Source: Deltaproteobacteria bacterium
Lineage (GTDB): Bacteria > Myxococcota > Kuafuiibacteriia > Kuafuiibacteriales > Kuafuiibacteriaceae
Reading direction: 5' to 3'
Length of the DNA: 64,000 bases
Assembly: GCA_040218735.1 (NCBI GenBank)
Contig: JAVJQW010000012.1
Location: 416,001 to 480,000, forward strand
Part shown: positions 20,101-28,963 of the stretch, in pieces
Position numbering within the stretch: position 1 is the first letter of the stretch
Layout of the letters: every line of letters begins with the position of its first letter
Notes under the pieces: model-generated
Told to the model about the DNA's origin: nothing
What the model saw: the letters and a program-made list of their open reading frames with translations, nothing else
Database searches by the model: none
Position numbers and translations under genes: made by a program

Positions 20101-23100
20101 TGAGACCCTCGGGCGCTTCGACGCCGCGCTCGACCAGGTCGACGGGATGTTCACGGCGAGCCAGGCGCAGATCCGCAACGGCGCCGACTACGCGCTCGCG
20201 CGGACCCGCGGCCTCGGCCACAGCGAGATCGGCGCGGCGCAGGCGCAGGTCTCGACGGTGATCAGCGGCGGCGCGTGGGTCCTCTCCCTCGGCTTCTTCG
20301 ACATGAAGGAGGAGATGGCCGACGCGGGCGAGCACATGATTCGCCACCGCATGAGCTGGGTGCGCCAGGAGCGCGACAGGCTGGTTCGCGGCGCGGACCA
20401 CATGCGGGCGTCGTACGCCGCGGCGCGCACGGACGGGCGCGCGTTCGAGTGGCTGCACTCGGTGCGTATCATCTCCGACCGCAGCCGCGCGGACACGATG
20501 CCGCAGACCTACGGGCGCGCGTTCGTCACGATCGCCGAGCACATCCCGGACGACATGCGCTCGCGGATGGACTGGCAGACGTTCAACCGCATCGCGATCC
20601 GCGAAGGACACGTGCCGGTCGCCGCCGCGCTCTCCGGCAGCGTCCTCGGCTTCGAGCAGGCGATGGAGAACCTCTCCGACGATCGCATCATGGCCGTCAC
20701 CCCGGGCATGGCCGACGCGATCCAGTCGCAGGCCGACAGCCTCGAAGAGACCACCGACGGGATGATGTGGATCATCGGCATCAACACCGCGCTCGAGGTC
20801 GGCCTCGGGATCGTGTTGACCGGTGGCATCGGCTCGGTCGGCGCCGCGGCCGAGGGCGCGAACGCGCTCAACACCACGCGCACCGCGGCCTCCGCGATGA
20901 GCGCCGCGCGCAACGCACAGCTCGCGCTCCGCGCGATGGCGGCGCTACGCACGATGGGCACCGTCACCGTCGTCGGCGGCGGGATGATGGCGGCGAACTA
21001 CGGCGTCGGGAAGCTCGTCGGCCGCAACACCGGCGCCGCGCGCGGGTTCGAGGTGCTCACCAACTTCATCCCGATCGGCGCCGGGCAGCGCGCGGCGGGC
21101 ATCGTCGGTCACGCGGACGACGTCGCCGCGGCGGGGACCCGCCTGCAGCAGCTCCGTCGCGCGATGAGCTGGTCCCACGTGCGCAGCGCTTCGGCGTGGA
21201 GCCGCGCGCTGACGCCGGTCGCGCTCGGTAGCGCGCAGGCGTTCGGGACGACGGTCGCGACGCCGTGGATCGCGCAGCGGGTCGGCCTGGAGCGGAGTGA
21301 CCTCGGGCAGGCGGCGATCGGCCTCGGCCTCAACGTCATCTTCGCGGGTGGCATGGCGGCGGCCGTGCGTCCGCGCACCACCGCGACGGGTCTCGCGGAT
21401 CACCTCTCGGCCGCGATGGGCGAGCACGCGCCGTCGCGCCGCGCGCGCGGGCAGATGCGCACGGAGATCGAGACCTTCCTGCGCAACACGGAAGGTCGCG
21501 TGCCCACCGACGCCGAGGTCTCCGCGCTGAAGACACGTCTGCAAGAGCACATGGGCCTCGACGCCGCGACGCCCGACGCACCGGAGCGCGTCGCGATCGT
21601 CGACGGCGCGGTGGAGGCGCTCCGCATCGAGCGCGCCACGCAGCTGCACGCGGGTGCGTTCGACGATGGCACGACCCCGGCGCAGGCGCGTGACGCCGTC
21701 ATCGCCGCGGGTGACGCGCTCTACCAGGCGCGCGGCGGCGACGCGGGCGGCACGTCGCGACTCCAGGCGTACCGCGACGCCGCGATGACGATGAGCGAGC
21801 GCCTCGGCGGACAGGCCCGCGCGGCGTTCGAAGCCGGCGACACCGCGCGCGGCACCGCGCTGATGGAGCTGCGCCAGGTCGTCGGTGAGCGCGCGCTCGC
21901 GGCCGAGCTCGTGGAGGGTACGGCACGCGGCAACCCGAACGACGCGACGCTCTCCAATCCGACGAACCGCGCCAACGCCGAACGCATCCTCGCCGAGGAG
22001 CTCACCGCGGCGCGCACCGCGCTCGACGGCACCGAAGGCCCGGGCCTCGGCCAACGCGACGGCAGCTCGTTCTACGACGGGCTCGTCCGCCGCCTCCGCG
22101 AAGAGGGTGGCCTCTCCTCCGAAGCCGCGGAGACGGTGGTGCGCGGCGCACGCGACGAGCTCGTGCACCAGGCTGTCCTGCGGCACCTCGCCGCGGCGCA
22201 GGTGGAGGCGGGGCCGCGACCGCTGCGCAACAACGAGATCTCGCGCATCGCGACCGAGCTCGCGCAGCGCGCCGGCCTCCCGGACGCGCCGGCGTACGCG
22301 CGGTCGATCGTCGAGCAGCGGCCCGCGCTCGAGCGCTCCGGCTTCGTACGTCCGTCTTCGCGTCCGACGCTCGACGCCGCGATGATCGAGCAGCGCGCGC
22401 GCGCCGCGGCCGACGCGGACCCGTCGATCGCGCGGTTCATCGAACAGCACGGCCCGATCGCGGAGCGCCTCGTCGGTGAGCTCGGCGCCGAGCGGTTCAT
22501 GCAGGCGTTCGGCGACGGCGACATGGTGTCGTTCGAAGCGCGACGCCTGATCGAGCTGCCGCCGGAGCGCATCAACGAGCTGATCGACGTCGCCCAGGAC
22601 GACCCGGCGCGTGTGCAGGGCATCATGCAGGCGCTCGGCGTCGGTGAGTCGCGCTCGGTCGTGCTGCGTGCGTTGAACGAAGTCGGCGTGGAGCCGGCGG
22701 CGCGCCTCGCGGAGATCGGCGCTCAGTCCCCGCGCGGCCTCGGCTACCTCGCCGCGCGCGAGGGTGGCGCGACCCGCGTCCTGCAACGCCTCGCGACCGA
22801 GCCGAACGCCCTCGCCGCGCAGGCCCGGCGGATGGAGGCGCGCATCTTCATGCGCGCGAACGACGGCACCTACCTGGTGCGCGGCGATCCGCCCGCGCCG
22901 ATCCCGGCGCCGACGCGCCGACAGCTCGAAGGCCTCGCGCGACGTGCCGGCGTCGACCCGGCGGTGCTCCGCGATCCGACCGCGCACCCCGCCGAGATGG
23001 CGCGCGTGATGGATCAGATGCGCAGCGAGATGCCGGCCGACATGCGCGCCGCGCTCGACCGCGAGCTGGCCGGGCGACGTTTCATCGACGAGGTCCACTA

Positions 23101-24826
23101 CCAGGAGGCGTTCGACGCGGGCGTCAACAACCCGGAGCACCGCTACGGGCGCGTCGACTTCGAAGCGTGGCAGCGCGCCGAGTCGATCATGATGGGCGCC
23201 GCCGACCGCGGCGAGCCGCTCACCGCCGACACGTTGATCGCCGCGCACCGCGCCGCGAGCGAAGGCATCCTCCCCGAGCCGCGCCGCGGCCTGATCCGCT
23301 CCGCCCCCGCCGAGACCGCGTTCCAGGGTGGCGACGGCCCGATGGGCCAGCGCGTCGTCACGCAGGCGGAGTTCGAGACGATGCGCGCGAACCCGCACCT
23401 CAACGTGCACGACCTCGGCGCCTCCGACGGCGGCCGTCTCGTCATCGTCGAGTACACCTCCCCCGCCGAGGTTCGCGCCAAGCTCGACGTCGCGCTCCGA
23501 CGCATCGACGAACGCCTCGCCGCCGGCGAGGACCCCGTCACGGTCGCCGCCGACGCGCAGCGCGAGTTCGTCAGCATCCACCCGTTCCTCGACGGCAACG
23601 GCCGCATGAGCCGACTCGTGATGGACTACGTGCTCCGTCGCGAAGGCCTCTCGCCATCCGTCGTGCGCGACCCGAACCTCGACACGCAGGTGTCGTCGGC
23701 CGCGTGGCGCGCCGAGGTCCGGCGCGGGATGCAGCGCCCATTCGAGGCGACGATGAACGCGTGGAACCGTGCGCAGCGCGGTCGTCCGCCACCCATCCGC
23801 GCGAACGCGGATCCGGTCGGGCCGTCGCCGGTCGGCGACTCGGCCCACGCACGCCGCGACACCCTCGGATGGACCGGTCAGCCCACAGCGACGCCGCCCG
23901 CGGGCGCCGAGCACCTCGGTGTCATCCACCGCGGCATGCAGGCGATGTCGCCGCGGTCGCGTCGGCTGATCGAGTCGTACCTGCAGCGCGCGGAGAGCGG
24001 TCCGCCCGAGCTCGTCGCACGGCGCGACGCACTCGCGACTCGGCAGCAACAGATCTGGCAGGAGCACGGTCGTCTCCTCGGCACGCCGGCCGATCAACTG
24101 CCCGCGCCGGATCGTGCGCGGCAAGAGGCGTTGCAAACGGAGCTCGCGACGATCAGCTCGGAGCGAACCACCGTCGACCGTGCGATCGGTGACGCGCAGC
24201 TCGCGGCGCGCCGGATGGCGATCGCGGAGATGCAGCGGGTTCGCGACGGGATGCGTCGACACGTCTCCGACGCCGAGTCGCGTCGCATCGCGGACGGGAT
24301 GCCGATTCACCCGTCGGCGGCCGCAGCCGCCGAACCGGCCCGCCTCCGTGCCTGGGTCGCGGACGCGCTGCAACTCATCCCGCACGAGATCGGCGCGGAG
24401 TCGATCTCACTGGTGAGTGATCGCCCACGCGCCGACGCGCGCCGCAGCGGCACGCTCAACATCGGCGAAGACATCACGCGAGGCATCACGTTCCACGAGA
24501 TCGGGCACTACATCGAGTTCACCAACCCCGAAGTCGCCGCCGCCGCGCGCGCGTGGGTGATGGAGCGAAGCCGGATGGCCAACGGCGGCACGGCGCAGCG
24601 GGGAGAGATGCGGGACCTCGCGGGCTCCGACTTCTACGACCGCGGTGAGATGGCGTTCGAGGATCACTTCGACAACCCATACATCGGGCGTGACTACGGC
24701 GAAGGTGGATCGACGGAGGTCGTGAGCGTCGGGATGGAGTACTTGACGTCGCCGGAGCGAATGCTCCAGCTCTACCAACGCGATCCGGAGCACTTCTTCT
24801 TCATGATGGGAGTCTTGGAACCATGA
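17147..24826 (+). CDS. 2559-aa polymorphic-toxin-like protein: helical body, hydrophobic segment, Fic domain, C-terminal HEXXH metallopeptidase
   Basis: Canonical Fic motif HPFLDGNGRMSR at 23579-23614; HEIGH at 24494-24508 with downstream STEVVSVGME; Gly/Ala-rich hydrophobic helices at about 20760-21370; no Sec signal. Confidence 0.85.
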   Translation: MPRVDRRRFEASFAHRQVRVDRLPRNLVRSLEAHGVSRADLERIAGDDHVIQGAEFNQLYEALATRTQGGQRVDTRVSEELFAQLTARAERSPSSTPEPTPTATARSTGIGGRRSARPGSAADETPPGANGVGANGAAANGVGTNGTPAVAQPADPGAPAAAQPETAAPEGPPPLAEGYNRRERRIGREDVVTHAVLDPETQRTAAALAALPPATEGRHTPVRAFLDAIEARDERARLLAEGDRRGAGAVTRPEGVPADIWNVTAALDRRGISSTDVQFYLAHGTLPDLLNEDGSVAMRGADRLAELENAAIRRGSWTAVNTFTFLVRMRRSSMAAEREAAGRVLATIPESDPRHAQITAGIEQSRQLDTQLGRSLQSMYRAATGARESTGRGLIGRADDLSRQAREARSGGDEARAVELEQRAQGLRDRGAQITHAEAEYRSSMRSYRADAGRLYRLSAAAQISTGEEQVRALATQTGPLPEAPPAVLGNDDGTNTGNGVPGAERLLTTARAVDPTAGTDDTQLALEGRRAAAVGGFHRAHLDRGGYFDRVDPETGEVSTRSSGLARHRDLYLGARVDQANAATGRLALARAEEPSTDRDLRISSLEAERRGVAEELSRDLGQSLASDRAATDARARVRDLDAAVTSADEQRDGARTAARDADSGVDNAESNAYALLGDTLKTDGEARRDREGVSDARTVRSIERGRRDLAVVNARETRETRDRAVDAERVATTQAQRDREDAARVLRAAQRLETGEISATVPTTTEEGYRFARGMADRSARAETSALDRAALSIPESAPADHRDRLTVASRRVDLSRYWTRSAEGEAVALGDAGRSGATGRLDRASRLISQSDATRLTLDGGSDARLGLASGLVTARAELATAEGDYRPDVARQQLLVAETTVDGDLALDRDRAGRAYGEIGVAATAALARSESRFDAILDSGNHVPGAADALYLQAHRMFDPVPFVVMPRGIPDTPATRSARETLGRFDAALDQVDGMFTASQAQIRNGADYALARTRGLGHSEIGAAQAQVSTVISGGAWVLSLGFFDMKEEMADAGEHMIRHRMSWVRQERDRLVRGADHMRASYAAARTDGRAFEWLHSVRIISDRSRADTMPQTYGRAFVTIAEHIPDDMRSRMDWQTFNRIAIREGHVPVAAALSGSVLGFEQAMENLSDDRIMAVTPGMADAIQSQADSLEETTDGMMWIIGINTALEVGLGIVLTGGIGSVGAAAEGANALNTTRTAASAMSAARNAQLALRAMAALRTMGTVTVVGGGMMAANYGVGKLVGRNTGAARGFEVLTNFIPIGAGQRAAGIVGHADDVAAAGTRLQQLRRAMSWSHVRSASAWSRALTPVALGSAQAFGTTVATPWIAQRVGLERSDLGQAAIGLGLNVIFAGGMAAAVRPRTTATGLADHLSAAMGEHAPSRRARGQMRTEIETFLRNTEGRVPTDAEVSALKTRLQEHMGLDAATPDAPERVAIVDGAVEALRIERATQLHAGAFDDGTTPAQARDAVIAAGDALYQARGGDAGGTSRLQAYRDAAMTMSERLGGQARAAFEAGDTARGTALMELRQVVGERALAAELVEGTARGNPNDATLSNPTNRANAERILAEELTAARTALDGTEGPGLGQRDGSSFYDGLVRRLREEGGLSSEAAETVVRGARDELVHQAVLRHLAAAQVEAGPRPLRNNEISRIATELAQRAGLPDAPAYARSIVEQRPALERSGFVRPSSRPTLDAAMIEQRARAAADADPSIARFIEQHGPIAERLVGELGAERFMQAFGDGDMVSFEARRLIELPPERINELIDVAQDDPARVQGIMQALGVGESRSVVLRALNEVGVEPAARLAEIGAQSPRGLGYLAAREGGATRVLQRLATEPNALAAQARRMEARIFMRANDGTYLVRGDPPAPIPAPTRRQLEGLARRAGVDPAVLRDPTAHPAEMARVMDQMRSEMPADMRAALDRELAGRRFIDEVHYQEAFDAGVNNPEHRYGRVDFEAWQRAESIMMGAADRGEPLTADTLIAAHRAASEGILPEPRRGLIRSAPAETAFQGGDGPMGQRVVTQAEFETMRANPHLNVHDLGASDGGRLVIVEYTSPAEVRAKLDVALRRIDERLAAGEDPVTVAADAQREFVSIHPFLDGNGRMSRLVMDYVLRREGLSPSVVRDPNLDTQVSSAAWRAEVRRGMQRPFEATMNAWNRAQRGRPPPIRANADPVGPSPVGDSAHARRDTLGWTGQPTATPPAGAEHLGVIHRGMQAMSPRSRRLIESYLQRAESGPPELVARRDALATRQQQIWQEHGRLLGTPADQLPAPDRARQEALQTELATISSERTTVDRAIGDAQLAARRMAIAEMQRVRDGMRRHVSDAESRRIADGMPIHPSAAAAAEPARLRAWVADALQLIPHEIGAESISLVSDRPRADARRSGTLNIGEDITRGITFHEIGHYIEFTNPEVAAAARAWVMERSRMANGGTAQRGEMRDLAGSDFYDRGEMAFEDHFDNPYIGRDYGEGGSTEVVSVGMEYLTSPERMLQLYQRDPEHFFFMMGVLEP

Positions 24827-25113
24827 TTCGCTACCGAGTCTCACTCTCCGAGCAGCGCGTCGTCACCGTCTCGCTCGACAGCGACGATCCCGACAAACAC
24901 GCGACGATCGAGCTGGAGGGCCACCCCTCCGACGTCGCGCAGGTGCGGCATATGCTCGACTTCTCCAACGGGATCGACGGGCGGCTGATCGAAGAGCGAA
25001 CCACGCCGGTGGATCTCGACGTGGCGATGCACGGCAAGTGGCTACGCGACTACGCCGAGCGCCTGGAGGGTGAGGAGATCCTCGCGAGGTACGTGCGGAG
25101 GCCGGCGCTGTGA
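24823..25113 (+). CDS. Small acidic protein, candidate immunity protein
   Basis: 96 aa, ATGA-coupled to the stop of the giant protein. Confidence 0.65.
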   Translation: MIRYRVSLSEQRVVTVSLDSDDPDKHATIELEGHPSDVAQVRHMLDFSNGIDGRLIEERTTPVDLDVAMHGKWLRDYAERLEGEEILARYVRRPAL

Positions 25114-25451
25114 GCGTGAAGTCATCGACGCTCGTCATCGCGACGAAGTCCCCCGGCCGCTGCGAGCGGTGCCGACACGCCAACCAGGGCACGGTCGACA
25201 TCGCGGAGGGGAAGGCGTTCTGCTGGTTCGCGAAGGCGCCGAAGAAGGCGTCCCAGCGGTGCGACGTGACGTTGCCGCTACGTACTTCGGCCGCGTCGAG
25301 CTCCGTCGATCCGTACTACCTCTTCGAAGCCTACGACGGTGAAAACGGCACCTTCGACAAGAGCGAAGACCTGCGCATCCTCGCCGAAGACGCGGACACA
25401 TCGCTTCGCCAATCACTCGACGCCGACCGGCCGTTCATCCCGGGGGACTGA
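25110..25451 (+). CDS. Small four-Cys hypothetical protein
   Basis: GTGA overlap with the previous gene; CERC...C...C pattern. Confidence 0.65.
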   Translation: MSVKSSTLVIATKSPGRCERCRHANQGTVDIAEGKAFCWFAKAPKKASQRCDVTLPLRTSAASSSVDPYYLFEAYDGENGTFDKSEDLRILAEDADTSLRQSLDADRPFIPGD

Positions 25452-25605
25452 GGATGCCTCGGGTTCGGCGGAATCGCCGCTCGACGCACACCGCTTCCGA
25501 GCTCGCTGAAGTTGCGCTTCCTGCAGGTCGCAGGTGCCGACCGGCCCCTTGAACCCCGATCCGACGCCCGTTCGGTCGGCCCGCGGTTTGCTTTGACCTG
25601 GGAGG

Positions 25606-26781
25606 GTGAAGGTCCGTCGAGAGCGTGAGGCCACGACGCCCGCCCCAGAGGCCCGTCCCGTGCGTCGGACGGCGCCCGAGCCGGCCCCGCCCGCGCCGCG
25701 CTCCGAGGCGGTCCGCGCGGCGGACGAACCCCCGATCGCCGCGGCGCTGCGGCCCGACCCCTCGATTCGCACTTCGACGTCCCGCGTCGCGGACGACACC
25801 CACCGGCGGACGCTGGACCTCGCCGCTCAGCTCCGCGACGAAGGCCGCACCGACGAGGCCCTCGGCCTGCTCCGCGGGCTCCGCTTCCTCACCCCCTCGC
25901 GGGGGGTGCCGGACGACGCGACGTTCCTCGCGGGACGCACCGACGCGTCCTCCGCCGGCGACGGGCTCGACCGCCTCGACGCGATGATCGCCTCGATGCG
26001 CGACGAGCCGATCGACACGACGATCCAACCCGCGCTGCGGTTGAGCTGGTTCAACGACCAATTCTTCTACCCGAACGGCGACGACGATGGTTTCACACAA
26101 GCCGCCGAGCTCGGGCTCACGCTCCGCCGCGGCGTCGACCAGCTCGATCTCGACGTCCGCCACAGCATGCTCACCGAGCGCGGCGGCCCTCGGCGCGTGG
26201 ACGAGCTCGACGTGCACGCCACGCTGTCCCGGACGATCGAGCGCGGTCAGGTCGAGTGGACGTTCGGGCCGAAGGTCGGCGTCAGCCTCGTCGGGGACTA
26301 CGGCGGCGCCGAGCTGCAAGACTGGTTTCACGGCGCGATCGGGATGGGGCGTCGCCTCGATGGCTGGCTGCAGAGTGAGTACGAAGGCACCAACCAGGCC
26401 GCGGTGATCGTCGGCGCGCACGTGCAGGCGCGGCGGGATCTCGGCGTCGGCTTCTCCGCGCACGCCGGGCTCGACGGCCAGCTCGCGCTCGGACCCACCG
26501 GCGTCAGCCGCATCGCGCCGCGCGTCGGCCTGAACTGGGAGCTCCCCCGCGGCCCCGTGCGCCCGGTCGTCGGCGCCGAGCTGGAGATCGCGAAGTTCCA
26601 CACGCCGGACGCCAGGCTGCAGATGGCCGGCGGCTACGACACGTCCGGGTTCCAGGCGATGCCCAACTTCCGCCTCGGCATCGCGGGTGATCACTTCGAG
26701 CTCGGCTGGCGCGGCACCGTCAACCAGGGCGGGTCGGGCGCCAACATGGGCGAGATCTATCTGACCATCGGCCGGCGCTGA
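25606..26781 (+). CDS. LpxR/DUF2219-like (lipid A 3'-O-deacylase family) beta-barrel with an N-terminal extension
   Basis: GGGAGG RBS; motifs FNDQFF...DDDGFT and GAELQDWFH, as in the LpxR family; the first ~140 aa are Pro/Arg-rich then helical. Confidence 0.6.
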   Translation: MKVRREREATTPAPEARPVRRTAPEPAPPAPRSEAVRAADEPPIAAALRPDPSIRTSTSRVADDTHRRTLDLAAQLRDEGRTDEALGLLRGLRFLTPSRGVPDDATFLAGRTDASSAGDGLDRLDAMIASMRDEPIDTTIQPALRLSWFNDQFFYPNGDDDGFTQAAELGLTLRRGVDQLDLDVRHSMLTERGGPRRVDELDVHATLSRTIERGQVEWTFGPKVGVSLVGDYGGAELQDWFHGAIGMGRRLDGWLQSEYEGTNQAAVIVGAHVQARRDLGVGFSAHAGLDGQLALGPTGVSRIAPRVGLNWELPRGPVRPVVGAELEIAKFHTPDARLQMAGGYDTSGFQAMPNFRLGIAGDHFELGWRGTVNQGGSGANMGEIYLTIGRR

Positions 26782-26819
26782 CTTGCACCGCGCGCCGTCG
26801 GGCGCGATCGTCACGAACG

Positions 26820-27656
26820 ATGACGTCGAACGCGATGGTCCAGGTGCGCGCGGCACGAAAGGCCCAGCTCGTTCAGAAGCTCGCGATGCGGGAGAAGGCG
26901 CTGTTCGACGCCGAGCTCGACGCACGCGAGGCAAAAGCCCACGCCGAGCGCGAGCACGCGGACGTCGCCGACCTCGAAGACGTCGGCGCGAGTGAGCTCC
27001 TCCTCAGCCTCACCGGTCAGCTCGGCGCGCGCTACGACAAGGAGCACGCCGAGGCCGAAGCGGCGCTGCGTTCGTGGCGCCTGAAGGAAGACGTGTGCGC
27101 GCGGTTGCGCGAAGAGGTGCAGCGAACGCGCGACGCCATCGCGAAGCTCGGTACGCCGGAGCAGCGGCTCGCCCCGCGAGACACCGGCTCGGAGGATCGC
27201 GCGCGACGCCTGATGCTCACAACCGCCGCGCTCGACGAGCTATACGAAGCCTCGGACGCGCTGACCCAGATGCGCGCAGCGCTCGCGCGCGCGGAGCGAT
27301 GGGCGAAGCTCACCAGCGATCGCGAAGAAGGTCCGGCGCGCGCGCACGCGGAGACGATCGCGGCGGCGTCCTACGAACGCTTCGGGCAGTTCGAGACGGA
27401 GCTGTCGCAGGCGATCGCCGCGCTCGCGAACGTCGGCGACCACGCTCCGACGCTGCACGTCCCGCAGCCCGAGAGCCTCCGTCACGACCTCGCGAACGCG
27501 TGGCGGCGACACAAGAGCCTGGCGGGCCTCGAGCCCCGGTGGGACGAGATCGATCGTGCGCTCGACGCGGCGGTCGAGGAGCTCGAGCGGTGGTTGCGGA
27601 AGGAGCTCGACCGCTCGGAGGGCCCCGACTGGAACGTCGGCGCCCTCTTCCGCTGA
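26820..27656 (+). CDS. Coiled-coil hypothetical protein
   Basis: Helical Glu/Ala/Arg-rich ORF with host-like codon usage. Confidence 0.65.
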   Translation: MTSNAMVQVRAARKAQLVQKLAMREKALFDAELDAREAKAHAEREHADVADLEDVGASELLLSLTGQLGARYDKEHAEAEAALRSWRLKEDVCARLREEVQRTRDAIAKLGTPEQRLAPRDTGSEDRARRLMLTTAALDELYEASDALTQMRAALARAERWAKLTSDREEGPARAHAETIAAASYERFGQFETELSQAIAALANVGDHAPTLHVPQPESLRHDLANAWRRHKSLAGLEPRWDEIDRALDAAVEELERWLRKELDRSEGPDWNVGALFR

Positions 27657-27668
27657 AGCTACACCGCT

Positions 27669-28937
27669 TCAGATCGTCTCGATGCCGTTGATGAACGCGA
27701 CGGACGAGGCGCCCCAGATGTAGTAGCCGACCTCCGTGACGAGCATCCCCTGCGCCTCTTCGTCGAGGACGTCGACGGACTCGCAGATCGTTCCGTCGCT
27801 CCGGCGCTGGATGACACGCCCGTCGGCGTCGAACACAAACCACGCGTCGCGCCAGTAGTCGGCGCCGACGACCGGAGCGCGGGTCCCCGTGGCTCCGACG
27901 GACGTCCAGGTCGCGGGGCCAGTCTGCATCAACACCTCGCCGACGCTCGTCCCGATGACGCGCGTGATGGTCCCGTCGAAGCGGGTGTACCGCGTGCTGT
28001 GAATGATGCCGTCGGTGGGGAGCGTGCGCGTCGTCGGCGTGCCGTCGACGATCGTCGTCCAACGATCGCCGCGATAGACCTCGACCTGATCCGGAACCGT
28101 GAACGCGATGAACGGCCGCGCGTCGGAGGGACCGAGCTCGGCCTGAAGGCTCCACGACGTCCCCTGGTAACGTTGCACCTCGCCACCGGCCGTGACCGCC
28201 AACGCGAGCCAACCGGTGTTCGTCAGCGGGAACAAGAACTCACGCGCGACGTCCGACCAGGGCCCCGGATACCAAGTCGTCCCGTTCGCGCCGAGCAGAT
28301 CGAACCCGCGCTCGTGGCCGAGGTACGTCCCGAGGTTCGTGACGAGCGCGTGAAGGAGGTCGCCGCGCTCGCGCCCGTCCAGCATGACATCGAACCGCAA
28401 GCCGACCTGCGTCGGCGCGTCGCGGTCGAACACGAGCACCTCGCCGTTCGAGAGGAACAGCTCGAGGGCACACGGCGCGTCGCAGTTGTGCGCGTGCTCG
28501 ACGGTCGCTCCGCCGAAGTCCACCGCCTCCGCGCTGTAGACGAGGACTCCGCAGGCGTCGGGCGCCCGCGCGCGAAACGCGGTGAGCGCACCCGACGGCT
28601 CGGCGGACGGGGACCAGGCCGCGCCGTCCCATCGCCACGCACCGTCCGGATCCGGAATCGAACGTCCGTCCGGCGCGATGTCGGTCAGCGGCCCGACCTC
28701 CGCGAACGCTCGGGTGATGTCCCCCGCGTAGGTCAGCACGCGGACGGCGGTGTCTTCACCGTCGAGCTCGACCTCGATCGGGAGCCCGACCCGCCCCGTC
28801 GCCACCTCGAAGCTCCCGTCGGGGCCTTCGACGGCGTAGATGACGCTCTCCATCCCCTCGAGGCTCCCCGCGGGGAGCGTCACCAAGACGTCCGGCGCAC
28901 ACCCGGTGAGCAGCGCGGCGAGGAGGACGTGCCGCAT
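27669..28937 (-). CDS. Hypothetical lipoprotein, beta-rich
   Basis: MRHVLLAALLTGC lipobox; start set at ATG 28937. Confidence 0.7.
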   Translation of the reverse strand: MRHVLLAALLTGCAPDVLVTLPAGSLEGMESVIYAVEGPDGSFEVATGRVGLPIEVELDGEDTAVRVLTYAGDITRAFAEVGPLTDIAPDGRSIPDPDGAWRWDGAAWSPSAEPSGALTAFRARAPDACGVLVYSAEAVDFGGATVEHAHNCDAPCALELFLSNGEVLVFDRDAPTQVGLRFDVMLDGRERGDLLHALVTNLGTYLGHERGFDLLGANGTTWYPGPWSDVAREFLFPLTNTGWLALAVTAGGEVQRYQGTSWSLQAELGPSDARPFIAFTVPDQVEVYRGDRWTTIVDGTPTTRTLPTDGIIHSTRYTRFDGTITRVIGTSVGEVLMQTGPATWTSVGATGTRAPVVGADYWRDAWFVFDADGRVIQRRSDGTICESVDVLDEEAQGMLVTEVGYYIWGASSVAFINGIETI

Positions 28938-28963
28938 CACGCGGATGATAACAACGGGGCGGC

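Noticed and set aside
16889-24385. Minus-strand ORFs of 1240 and 1146 aa
   Set aside because: Antisense shadows of the giant protein, expected at this GC content.
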